DNA of 64,000 nt, taken from positions 80,290,001-80,354,000 of the forward strand of contig NC_043005.1 in NCBI RefSeq assembly GCF_006345805.1, written 5' to 3'. Below are positions 39,934-52,135 of the stretch, one piece after another. A program made the position numbers and the translations under genes. Numbering within the stretch: position 1 is the first letter of the stretch; each line of letters begins with the position of its first letter. This stretch comes from Octopus sinensis (lineage: Eukaryota). The notes beneath the pieces are model-generated. The model saw only the letters and a list, made by a program, of their open reading frames with translations, ran no database searches and had not been told where the DNA came from.

Positions 39934-40256
39934 TTAAAGACTCCGCCGGTTACGACGACGAGGGTCCCAGCTGATACGATCAACGGAACAGCTTGCTCGT
40001 GAAATTAACGTGCAAATGGCTGAGATTCCACAGACCCGTGTACCCTTAACGTAGTTCTCGGGGAAAATCAGCGTGACACAGATAGTGACAAGGCTGACCT
40101 TTGAAATACAAGTACAACTCATTTTTGCCAGCTGAGTGACTGGAGCAACGTGAAATAAAGTGTCTTGCTCAAGGACACACAACGCGTCGCCGGGAATCGA
40201 ACTCACAACCTTACGATCATGACCGAATGCCCTAACCACTAAGCACGCGCCCTCAC
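39934..40256 (-). mobile_element. SINE family D (duplicated copy)
   Basis: Second unit of the 1.17-kb duplication. Confidence 0.85.
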
Positions 40257-41024
40257 ATGTATATATACATACATACATATATACGTATTTCAAGTTTTTT
40301 TGCTATTTTTTCTATGTAATACTGCTCATTCTTAATGGATTTATCGCAGCCCTGTTTGTTTTTCCATCTTTAAATTCGTTTTATCCAATTAAGGTACAGT
40401 CTTATGTGTCATATATATATACGGCATTATTTCTGTCTCGAAAAAATATTAATCGTGAACAAATATAAAAGATATTAAAAGATATATCTTGTATTTCTTT
40501 TTATAATATTTTAAAATTAGTTTTCTTTTGTCAATTGAATTTCTTCAAGTAATGCTGCTTGTTTGTTTTTCTTATCTGTGTTTTGTTTTGTTATTTTTTT
40601 TTGTTTGTTTTTCTCGACGTCTTTGTTGAAAGAACGGGAAAACAAACCTCGAAACAAATGGAGGTTTTCTTTTTAAGAAAAAGTAATGAAACGTGTAAAT
40701 ATAATTTGATAAATGAAGAAGCATTCGTGCGTGTGCTTGAATATATATATATATGTATGGAGAAAGAGGGAGAGACAGTGAGAGGGGGGAATTAGCTGAT
40801 GCTTTTGTAGGCGATTGTGGTGCGCGCATATATTTTGTTATGTACATACAGATATGTGTTTACACTAGGAAAGAGATGCTAAGAGAGAAAGAAATTGTGC
40901 TTTGAAGCCTGAGTATCTAAACATATGTATTATTTCCAAAGATTAATGTCAATTGTTTATAAAAAAGAAAGGCGGCAATCTGTTAAATTGCATTATTTAC
41001 AAAGCAAATGTTTAGTTCCTACGA

Positions 41025-41079
<55 letters not shown>

Positions 41080-41566
41080 CTTATATTCATATACATATTA
41101 TGCATATATATTATTTATACATATACATTACCTATATATATATGTACACATATATGTATATATGTGTATATATGTATGTATCTATAGATGAATATGTTTA
41201 TAACTATATATATGTATATATATATGTATATATATATATGTATAATATATATATATATATATATAGCGAATATATATATATACACATACAACCATACAGA
41301 TGCATTCATACTCTTATATATGTTTGTGCTTGTGTTTATGCTTACATATGTATGTATGGATACATACACACATAAAGATACACACACACAAAGGAAGATA
41401 GATGATACATAAATAGATTAATATATACGTACTTATATGCTTGCGCATGTGTGTGATTGAATACGTATATATATATCCCATAAATACAGACACCTGCATG
41501 CGCTTACGCACACAGGAACTCAGACACATTGACATACACACACATACACACACACATGCACTCACA

Positions 41567-41631
<65 letters not shown>

Positions 41632-41814
41632 ACACCGGCTTTAGGTAAAAATCGTTCTATCAGAAGCGATTTCGCAAATGTTTGAAGATATTTTGGGAAA
41701 AACAATAAATATGATTTCGATTTCTTTATCTCGTACGTTTTATTGTTGATATAACTCGCGATGTGCTCATTCAGTCTATCGTTATTATTATTATTATCAT
41801 TATTATTATTATTA

Positions 41815-41857
<43 letters not shown>

Positions 41858-41960
41858 GCCCTTGTGGCCAATAAACAACTCATCATCATCATCATCATCA
41901 TCATTATTATTATTATCATTATTATTATCATTATTATTATTATTATTATAATTATTAATA

Positions 41961-41998
<38 letters not shown>

Positions 41999-42761
41999 TA
42001 TTATTATTAATATTAATTATATTAGAATTAGGATTATTATGATTATTATTATCATTATTATTTATCGATATCATTTGTTTGAAATTTATTTTTAAATACA
42101 TTGCGCTTTTGTGCGTTTTATGAACTATCTTTATCAGTTACGGCTGTTTATCTCACATAATATCGTTTTCTTTTTATCGCATTCTTTGTTGTTTGAAGTT
42201 TTGTTGTTGGTTTCTTTTGTTTGATAGTTTTTTTTGTTTTTTTTTCACTTTGATTCATTTTACAAAAGATGTTTGTAATTTTTGCCTTTTATTATATTTA
42301 TTCATTGTGTTTAGTATACAGATAATACACTTGTTATTCTTACATGATAAATGGCTGTGGATGACAGAAAATATAGAATGCCAGACAAAATATAATGTTT
42401 ATACATATAGATTTACTGCTGCTCATATCACACAAATACTTATATATCTGTGTAATTTTTGCTTATATGATCTGTAATGATATTTTAACACATATATTAA
42501 AGTATTTAGCTACATACCATTGCGTTCTGATTTCGTTTCTCTGCATGATCTTATCCTATATCTCTTTCAGCTGACATTTCTTGTTAGCTATAATACCAGG
42601 CAAGTACCGAGGTACATGAAAAGGAATATGGCACTTACTTTTTAAAAAAACATATTTAAAGTTGAAAAACCGTTATTTCTACGAGATATTTCATTTGAAA
42701 TTATGCGTATCTAAATGTAGAACAACTGTAACAAAGCAGCATTTCAAATAATTACAAATTT

Positions 42762-42854
<93 letters not shown>

Positions 42855-42879
42855 TAATAATGATAATGGGATCTATATA

Positions 42880-43075
42880 CACTGGAAACTATGCCAACAT
42901 TATGGAATAACAACAGTATAGGCACAGGCCAGTAAAGGTCAAAGAAAATGAGAAACAACCATACTGTGGGATATGCCAGATCACACAGATAGCGAAATTA
43001 AGGCAAATAGGCCAGATATAGTTGTTAGAGTCCATCAAGAAAAAATGCTTTCTAATCGATATATCAATACAAATA
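42880..43075 (+). mobile_element. R4-like LINE fragment, same family as the 27-32 kb copies
   Basis: HWKLCQHYGIT, ILWDMP and IKANRPDIVVR; next to a (TAA)n array. Confidence 0.82.
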
Positions 43076-43084
43076 GCGGGCCGT

Positions 43085-43560
43085 ACCTAGTAGCGCTGTT
43101 TTCTTGATGGTGTGTAGTGTTCAGTGTCCAGGTATAGTCACTACGTTTTTGTTCATATATTTTACCCATTGCTTCAGTTATTACTTGTATTGTTTTCATC
43201 TTCATGCTCCACACCTTGAATACCTCAATATTGATGATTTTGTACTTTGAGAATCTCTCCACTTATTTTTAGGCAATATTTTGCTCAAGAAGGATTGCAA
43301 TATCTATCAATAATCATGTTCGATTTTCCTCCCTTATCTACCATCAGTTGGCGATGTATGATTCCATGATCACACTTGGTCATGACGCTCCAACATATTT
43401 TCACTCCGTATTTTCCTACCATAGCCTCATGTTCATATTTTCTCACGCTCTCCTATTCAAACCTACTACATAGTCGTGCCTCCTCGTGCTGTACGTTCCT
43501 AAAATACTCAGTTTAGAATTTCTTAGTAGAAAACTAATAATACTACCAAAAAATTGAATA
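43085..43560 (-). mobile_element. R4-like LINE RLE fragment, decayed
   Basis: RRHDYV, LLIDIAI and ERFSKYKIINIEVFKVWSMKMKTIQVI. Confidence 0.7.
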
Positions 43561-43599
43561 TCATTCTGATCTAAGCAGTGTCCAATGGTATTAGCTTTT

Positions 43600-43985
43600 T
43601 ATCTTTTATTTGTTTCTTTCAGTCATCAGACTATAACCATTCTGGGGCACTGCCTTTAAGAATTTTATCCGAACGAATCGACCCTAATACTTACTTTTTT
43701 AAGCGTGGTCTTCTTTTCTATCTTTCTGTTCTGTCGAGCCACTGAGTTATAGAGCCGTAAACACACCAGCATCGGTTGTCAAGCGGCAGTGGAAGACAAT
43801 CACAGACACAAAGATACAAACACCCATATATATATATATACACACACACGATGGGCTCCATTCAGTTTACCTCTCCACTCACAAGGTTTTAGTCGGCGCG
43901 AGGCTATTTCAGAAGGCACTTGTCTAAGGTGCTATGCAGTTGGACTGAAGCCAGAACCGTGTAGTTTGAAAGAAAGCTTTTATTT
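43600..43985 (-). mobile_element. SINE family A, near full length
   Basis: Tail, TA/CA microsatellite and head in reverse orientation. Confidence 0.8.
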
Positions 43986-45385
43986 TGTGAATTCTAAAGG
44001 CTCACAAGTATCAATTTTATATTCAAAGAATGTCATGACCTGAATACACTAGTCCTTTCCGCCCTCTACTGACTGAACCCTAAACAGTAACGAAAATTTC
44101 CACATCAAACCAAAATAAATGTCTTCACCGTAACTTTCTATTAATCCACAGCTCCCTAATCATGCTGCAGCGCCTTCAAATCTGCACGCCTTTTCCCCCT
44201 GTCTACATACACCACCCATAGTTCTCATACTCATTTCTTCACCTCACAAAAAACCAACCTGCCTAAGTATTTATAAATCCAGAGCGAACTGAAGCAAATC
44301 ATATTTTGATGAAAAGCTGCATTTTCGAAGTCACTGTCAAATGTTTTTTTGCTCACCCGTGCGTGTATTAATATAAAAACCAAAATAGCGTATGCGGAAA
44401 ATTTATCAGCTATTTCCTTCTGAAATTAACATACTGCTTTTGGTATCGTACATTTTATCCGAATTATATTCGCCGTGATTATAATCCGACGGCCATAATT
44501 ATGAATTAATACCAGCTTGAAATAATATAGTCAGTACAGGCATCGTGTGTTTCCGTTTTATTCTTCTAACTGTTATTGCTATAAAAATATCCCGTACATG
44601 CGTCTAAATGCGTAAAAAACAATACTCATCTTTAAAAATTTGCAATTTGTAATGTTACAATATTTTCTATCATTGTTGTTGCGTTCATTGTTGCTGCTAT
44701 TTTCTTGATTGTAATGTTCACTTATAATTTAAATAGCTCTTTCAAACACATTTATGAATGCACGTTATTCTAATGCATTATTATGGAGCGAAGAACAATA
44801 ACTACGAACACTGGCTATTTATTGCAACATTTTTTTCTTCCATTTTAATTCATTATCTTTTTCTACTATTTTTCTATTATTTTTGGATCTTGATGTGACG
44901 TGAAACAATAGCGTGAAATTATGAAAGTGTTATGTTTCATCGATATGGGATTTTAAAGTTCACCTCTAACATACCACACTTTCGTGTTAGAAATAAAAAT
45001 GGAGAAAGTTTTGAGTGAAACCAAACTGAGCACGTACCGTTTTGCATTGTCCTTTGCAGACAACGTGTTGGGAATTTTCCAAATATTTAAAATTAAATGA
45101 AATATAACTAGCATATCATGGTGTATTGATTAGTTTGGTTTGAGAGGAAGAAAATTTGTTTTCGTCAATCCATGTGCGAAAGGAAACGTAAGAAAAAAAT
45201 TAAGTGATTAATAAGGAATACGTTTTCACGATTATATACGCACTAACATATTAATACATGGTAGGTTATGTAATACTTTCTAACGTGATATATGTGTGTC
45301 TGTATGTGTACAAATATATATATATATATATAATATATATATACATATACTCACACATATATATATACATATATAAATACATACA

Positions 45386-45442
<57 letters not shown>

Positions 45443-45519
45443 ATATATATATAAATACATTTATATATAATTAAATATGAAAGTGATAATACTATCAAAA
45501 CACCATCACTAGAGTCAAA

Positions 45520-46030
45520 ATTACTTGGGAGAGGGGCGGCACAAGACCCTGATGGATGGAGAAAGATAGTGCATGATGGTTGTTCAAGGTTTGATAGGGA
45601 GAGAGTGAAGTATGAGAGAATTAGGAGGGGTTTAGAAGGGGGAACCTGTGGAAAGTGAGAGAGTGTTGCTTCTTATGTGTGTGGTTTGTGGGCGGAGGTG
45701 TCTGAGTCGTTCAGGCTTGGTGAGCCATCAAAATTCTCATAGAAATTGACTCGTGATAAACAATTATGTTGCTATTAAAATTTATAACAGAACATATGTA
45801 AAATGTGGAAGAGTGAGCCTTTCAGTTGGAGGTCTTAAAAGACATGTTAAGAGAGTGCATTTGGTGGCACCTGTTTTTCCTACCAGCCAGCACAGTTCTC
45901 TAGTATGTAATAAAATCTATAAAAGCTTTGCTGGGTTTAAAGTCACATAAGGGCATCACATGGCAACAATCATGAATTATTGCTGTAAGTTTTCTTGGCA
46001 ATGGCTTTTCTCGTGTAACGAGGATGCAGC
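45520..46030 (+). mobile_element. RTE-clade LINE 3' end with C2H2-like motifs, decayed
   Basis: AQDPDGWRKIVHDGCSRFDRERVKYERIRR resembles the RTE C-terminal W..DR..WR..V..G...FE..R motif; followed by CGRVSLSVGGLKRHVKRVH and CNKIYKSFAGFK..H. Confidence 0.65.
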
Positions 46031-46094
46031 TGTTAAGTCATGTATATATATATATATATACATATGTGTATATTCATACATATAATACATACAA

Positions 46095-46320
46095 ATATAT
46101 ACATATGTATATAACGGGAAGGTTTACGAAAATAAACAAAAGACGAAGGCAGGTGGAGTACAAACAAACAATGTATTAGTATAGCGCTCAGGATAGAAAT
46201 AGAAAAAGTCTTTATACGTTCGAGCCTACGCTCTCGACAGAAAGATACACAGAAAAAAACAAGGAGAGAACAGGAGAGAAAAAATGCGTGTAGGAGCTAA
46301 CGATCTATCATGACGTCCTG
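46095..46320 (-). mobile_element. Penelope-like terminal repeat fragment with hammerhead-like motif (46208-46245)
   Basis: UCUUU-CUGUCGA-GAGC-GUAG-GCUC-GAA-CG-UA; flanked by (TA)n. Confidence 0.68.
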
Positions 46321-46351
46321 ACTTCGATACTGATATAAATATATAATATAT

Positions 46352-46411
<60 letters not shown>

Positions 46412-46739
46412 TCAACCTACCGCGTTCCAATCGACATGTTCAGTGAGAATCGATTGAAAGAGGTCGTGCTCGAAGATCGATGCCATTCCATAAGGGCAAG
46501 AGCCCAGCAAATGGAAAGCATACATGTTACTGTTGCCCGTCACTTTCGCTTAATGGTTAATGTTCAAACGAACCGACCGACAACGTGGAGTTAAGAATTT
46601 AACAGGACAAATCTCGCTTCCGCGATAAGTAGATTGATCAACAGACGGATCGATCGATAGATAGATAGATAGACAGATAGATAGACTCTATCTATTCATC
46701 CATGTATGTATGTATTTATATGTATGTGTTTGTTTATGT

Positions 46740-46968
46740 GTGTTTGTGTGCCCCCCCCTCCCGCCCTCGTTTGACAACCGATGGTGGCGTGTTTGTTTCC
46801 CCGTAACTTGGCGGTTAGGCAAAAAAAACCCGATTGAATGAATACTAGGCTTGCAAACAATAAGTCACGGGGTCGATTTCTTTGACTAAAACCCTTTAAG
46901 GCGGTGCTCCAGCATGGCCGCATTCAGATGACCGAAACAAGTAAAAGAATAAAAGAATAAAAGAATAG
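46740..46968 (+). mobile_element. SINE family A tail
   Basis: TTGACAACCGATGG...GCGGTGCTCCAGCATGGCCGC...GAAACAAGTAAAAGAATAAAAG. Confidence 0.8.
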
Positions 46969-47127
46969 TTATTTCTATAAACATCTTGAAATATCTTACT
47001 GAACTCTAACCTCTGTTGATTCAATGTCCATACCTTGATTATTCTGAAACACGTGATTGGAAACTAAATTAAATTCGGTTTCAGTGAATGAGAGTAAATA
47101 CATGTGTTATTATTACTTATTCAAATA

Positions 47128-47325
47128 AGGCAGCGAACCAGCAGAATCGTTAGCAAACCTGGGCAAAAATGCTTAAGGTCAATTCGTCCGTCTTCACGTT
47201 CTGACACATCGCTGTCGATTTTGCCTTTCAACTTTTAGGAGTACATGAAATAAGTGACAGTTAAGAAATGGAGTCAGTATAATTGACTAATCCCTTCCCT
47301 AAGATTCCAGGCCTGGTTCCTATAG
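47128..47325 (+). mobile_element. SINE family C, degenerate
   Basis: AAGGCAGCGAACCAGCAGAATCGTTAGC...TTTTGCCTTTCAAC. Confidence 0.7.
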
Positions 47326-47330
47326 TTGTT

Positions 47331-47612
47331 TGTTTGTTCCTTCTCAAGCCACGCCTGTCTCATAAGGGCCTGTTTCCTTGGCGTATAGATTCCCTACATA
47401 GACAGGACGTCGGCCCGTCGCTGCAAGATGCAGGAGGAAAGAGTGAGAGAAAGTTGTGATGAAAGAGTCAGCAGATGTTCGCCATTACCTTCTGCCGGAG
47501 CCGCGTGGAGCTTAGGTGTTTTGCTCATAAACACACACATCGCCCGGTCTTAGATTCGAACCCGCGATCCTTCCACCGCGAGTCCGCTGCTCTAACCACT
47601 AGCTCATGTGCC
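47331..47612 (-). mobile_element. SINE family B-related with V-domain-like tail
   Basis: B-like head; tail GCAGCGACGGGCCGACGTCCTGTC...TACGCCAAGGAAAC...GGCTTGAGAAGGAACAAAC. Confidence 0.75.
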
Positions 47613-48546
47613 TATAGTAAAAAAGGGTTATTACATATTGAATTTATCATTATTACTGAGACAAGATCGAATCCGTTTCTATGATAATTTAAAGGTTGAG
47701 TTATGATTACATCAGATTCTTTGACCAATCATCATTGAGGCCTGGTTCCACCAATTTCAGGATCGATTCGCCATAAAAATACATTTGCATTCTTTCTGTC
47801 GACCAATCAAAGGTTGATGGCGTTTGTGTTGGAGCTTGTTTTCATCATCTGTCATCTACCTAACTCCACCTTTTGAGAAAACTGGAAAACGCCCAAGGAA
47901 GCAAAAACAGATGAGTAAAACCTTTCAATAAGAAACGCACAAATAAGACAGCATAAAGCAACCACAATATCTGGTGGAAATGGCGCAAAGAAGACTTACA
48001 GAAAAATAAGTGAGAAATGTAGAGCAGAAAAAAGGCTTTTGATAATATAGTGCAGTAGCAATTTGTCCGATTTAAATATTTTAATTCTGAGTATAGAGAA
48101 AAATTATAAGCATCCATCTAGTCTCAGTAAATATGAAGCAAAGATGAAGACGAAGAATCGTGTTTACAATTCCGGCATATTTATTGTGCAATATGGCTAA
48201 ATCTTTTGTATTTATTCGTACAGAGAACAGAGAGGACAGGAAAGGAAAATGCGACGAGGAAGGAAAGGGGTTTTAAAGAGATGAAACGAAAAACCGAAGT
48301 TGAGCGTTACATAGAATATAACGCTTAGCAAATCTATTATATCTATATTCTAAGAATTTATAAAAGAAGCATTCTGCATCATTTGCTACAATAATAGTTA
48401 CAACACCAAATACGACTGCAAAAGCCACGCGAATAGAAATCGTAGTTCAAATTTCAATAGTAACTCAGATATCAATTAACGAAACTTTCTTAGTGCATAA
48501 CATTTTGTAACGCGCCATATGAGTTCCTATCGTGAATATTAATTAC

Positions 48547-48614
48547 TTTTGTTGCATCAGCATCTGCGTCTGCACGGGAATGTGACATGCATACATCTTC
48601 GGCATTGTTCCCTT
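48547..48614 (-). CDS. Candidate 68-nt exon (phase 1-0)
   Basis: aaactcttcag|(E)GNNAEDVCMSHSRADADADATK|GTAATT; no recognised homology. Confidence 0.33.
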
Positions 48615-49299
48615 CTGAAGAGTTTAACAAAACCATTGATTGATTGTGTGCATATGAATGGAAGTACATTATTGCCGTATCAATAGAAATAGATGGCAGA
48701 ATAGTTTACCACTGATTGCTTCCAATAAATCTCATTATTTGTCAGTCAAGCGATGAGAAAATATATTCAGTTTATCAAAAGTAAACAATACAAAACCTAC
48801 TCATCGTTGCAATATCTCAGCAAAAGCAATACTGAATAGAATGTAGGTAATTTGTTTGTGATTGACTATCGTTTCTCTATCAATTAAAAAGATTGCCATT
48901 ACATTCTTTGATACAATGAAACGTTTGTAATAGTTTTGTTTACTTTTCTATTCTTTATGATACTTTAATTAACTTTCAACGATATCACGACACTGAAACC
49001 AGATATTTCCATTTTGTGTATGTACAGATGACGATTTCCGTTGTTAGATATTAACTGGTTTTATCTATACGCAAGCACAAACATATGGATTTGAAATTCT
49101 TAAAGATAAATTTGAAAACAAACTCTTCCAATATATTTTCCGTTTCCTTCCAAACACTGTACCAATAAAATAAATATTTTGTTACCAATTTAGCTACAAT
49201 AAAAAAAATGATATCATTAAAATATATCAAAGAGGTTCTGATATAATTTAATATGTTATATTGTATAAATATTTGTTGCAAAATATGAAAGTTAACAAA

Positions 49300-49440
49300 C
49301 AGGCGTGGCTCTGTGGTAAGATGTGTGCTTCTGAATCACATGGTCCTGAGTTCAGTCCCACTGTGTGGCAACTTGCATGTCTACTACTATAGGTTCGGGC
49401 CAACCAAAGCTTGGAAACTGAAAGAAGCCCGTCTCTCACG
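49300..49440 (+). mobile_element. SINE family A head
   Basis: CAGGCGTGGCTCTGTGGTAAG...GAAAGAAGCCCGTC. Confidence 0.8.
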
Positions 49441-49994
49441 TGACTGTTGGCCGACTGCTAGCCCTTTTGCGTTTGACAACAGTCACCGTCACATCAATAT
49501 TTTCCCCTGCCGTAAGGCTTAATTCCCAACATGCTGAATTCAATTCGTCTCCAGTCGGAAGACGCCTGTTCTTATGTCCTGTTATTATTATTATTGTTTT
49601 TTTTATTTGTATTATTTTTGTATTTATATTTGTGTAACATCGTTCGTTTTTCCGTCCTCTTCTCGTATACATTCGGTGCTTTTTTCCAAGGAATCTAGTG
49701 CTCTTAGCTTAGTTTTTCCTTGGGTCTTGCCAATTGCAGCAATCTCAAGATTAATCAGCCGAAATTGTGAGGATGATCCGGTTCTTGACTGAAGATTAAA
49801 GGCTTGGAATGACCTGTCCATGTTTTTTGTATCGTCTATCTGGATGTTTTGCGTTCTTGTCCCATTTTGTATGTATATATATATATGCATGTGTATATAT
49901 ATGTGTATGTATATATGTATATATATATGTGTGTGTGTGTGTGTATTATATATGTGCGTGTGTGTGTGTATGTGAAAAATGCTCAGGATGTTAT

Positions 49995-51520
49995 TAAAAC
50001 ATTTATATCTTCATATCTTCGTCGATCTTCATCTAAACTTAAAAAATACGGCCTTGTATTTCCCATACCACAAACATTCAACTTATCTGAAATACATCAG
50101 TGTCTTTAGTAATCCCCATAACAATATAACAAAGAAAAACTTGGTTAAAAACATATCCCTTAGAACTTCTAAATTATCAGCCAAGGAAGCCGTTTTCAAT
50201 AAAAACGCTGTCTTTTATAATTCAGCTTTACATAAAGCAGGATAAAAGGAACAGATTAAATATTATAAAAATCTTCGCCCAACACTAATAACAAAAACGA
50301 TAGTAATAACAATAATAACAGTAATCGACACAATAGCAACAAAACTACTTATTTTGCTCTTACCATTGTCAATATTCCAAATGATACCCAGTTCCATCAA
50401 AGTAACCTTTCTTCTTAACTTCGTAATACTAAAAATAATCAGTCAATATAAGCTACAATAATAACACTAGATTTTTATGATCCTTTCGGTTTGAACGGCA
50501 GTTTTTCTAGCGGTGTCATATGAAACTGTCACCCATAATTATGACCCTAGTATCGATCTATTGCATTTCAATCTGTTTTAGGGTTAGGGTTAGGGGTGGG
50601 GGGAAGGGTATCTTTTTTTCTTCAGAAATGTAAATAAACCCAATCTGTTTCTTAAACATTCATACGGCACTGAATGTTTTCACCTCAATAGATGTCATTG
50701 ATTGGTTGAAATTGCAGAAACTGAAGAAAAAACAACCACAGATATCTTACAAACTATAGAATTTTCTTAATAAATCCAAGAGAAAAAGATGTTTTATAAA
50801 CACATTCTACTAGTATACGAAGTTTAAAAGTGTTTAGTTACGTGGAAATTATTTTAAAAAACTGCCGTTCAAACCGAAAAGATCTGATTTATTCCATACG
50901 GTAAAGAAGTACAAAGTAATCTTCCCATCTTATTTCGTGAAGGTATAGAAAGAAACTTTCCTATTAATTCAAAGTACCACTCGATTTTCAACATACACCC
51001 TTTTAGAGTAGGTTCTTCTAACACCAACAACGTCTCACAAATTATATCTTCACATAACAGCCGTATCCTAAGAGGTTACAATTTCTCTCCTAATAATTTT
51101 AGTTACCTTATTAACATTAACAATAATATTAACAATAATTTCTCCTTAAATGATAACATCAATGTAACCAGCATTTGCAATTGTGGCCCTGATAAAACCT
51201 GTATCCTGAATGGAAATTGCCGTATTATAAAGTAGATATTACTTTATAAATTACCTTATTACTATTATTTAAAAATAAATAATGTTTATTACATATCTTT
51301 CATTTATTAGAACAAATTTGCTCTAATAAAAGAAAAATATGTACTGAGCATCATTTATAACTTTAGGTTCCTTAATATATATATGTTTGTCACATATTTC
51401 AACTGTTAAAGGCAAATTCATTGCATTTACTGTGGAGAAAAAAATTCTCACTCATGACAAAAACAAAAATGTAAAAACAGCATATTTGTCCTGAGCTCCC
51501 ACCTGTCATATTCTCAGACA
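49995..51520 (+). mobile_element. Penelope-like element remnant (RT thumb, linker, start of GIY-YIG), interrupted by a MITE
   Basis: DLHLNL..YFPYHK..LKYISVFSNPH..ISLRTSKLS..FNKNAVFYNSALHKAG, IERNFP...IISSHNSRIL and CNCGPDKTCILNGNC, typical of the Penelope RT-EN junction. Confidence 0.8.
50479..50884. mobile_element. MITE with ~28-bp TIRs and internal TTAGGG units, copy 1
   Basis: GATCCTTTCGGTTTGAACGGCAGTTTTT ... AAAAACTGCCGTTCAAACCGAAAAGATC. Confidence 0.85.
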
Positions 51521-51635
51521 TCTATGTCTCTAGATTCTTGCCAATCATTGAGAAATATAGAAATGCGTAATGTATATACATATATACATACATATATACA
51601 TACATATATATAATATATATATATATATAATATAT

Positions 51636-51886
51636 ACTCTTTACTTGTTTCAGTCATTTGACTGCGGCCATGCTGGAGCACCGCCTTTAATCGAGCAACT
51701 CGACCCCGGGACTTATTCTTCTGTAAGCCAGTACTTATTCTATCGGTCACTTTTTGCCGAACCGCTAAGTAACGGGGACATAAACACACCAGCATCGGTT
51801 GTCAAACAATGCTAGGGGGACACACACAGACACACAAACACACACACGCATATATATATATATATATATATCTATATATATATATA

Positions 51887-51926
<40 letters not shown>

Positions 51927-52090
51927 TACGACGGGCTTCTTTCAGTTTCCGTCTACGAAATCCACTCACAAGGCTTTGGTCGGCCCGAGGCTATAGTAGA
52001 AGACACTTGCCAAAGGTGCCACGCAGTGGGACTGAACCCGGAACCATGTGGTTGATAAACAAGCTATTTACCACCACAGCCACTCCTGCA

Positions 52091-52092
<2 letters not shown>
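51636..52092 (-). mobile_element. SINE family A, full length, well preserved
   Basis: Tail 51636-51820, CA/TA microsatellite, head 51928-52092. Confidence 0.9.

Positions 52093-52134
<42 letters not shown>

Positions 52135-52135
<1 letters not shown>

Larger units (their letters stand above)
38761..41025. repeat. Direct tandem duplication, ~1.17-kb period
   Basis: 38761-39856 is near-identical to 39932-41025; the copies are separated by (TA)n. Confidence 0.92.

Noticed and set aside
42880-43560. Twin-primed inverted LINE
   Set aside because: The two opposed fragments overlap in domain content (both include the DI.IP region) and appear to be different families.
50578-50595. Interstitial telomere or chromosome fusion scar
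   Set aside because: Only three TTAGGG units, located inside a repeated TIR element.
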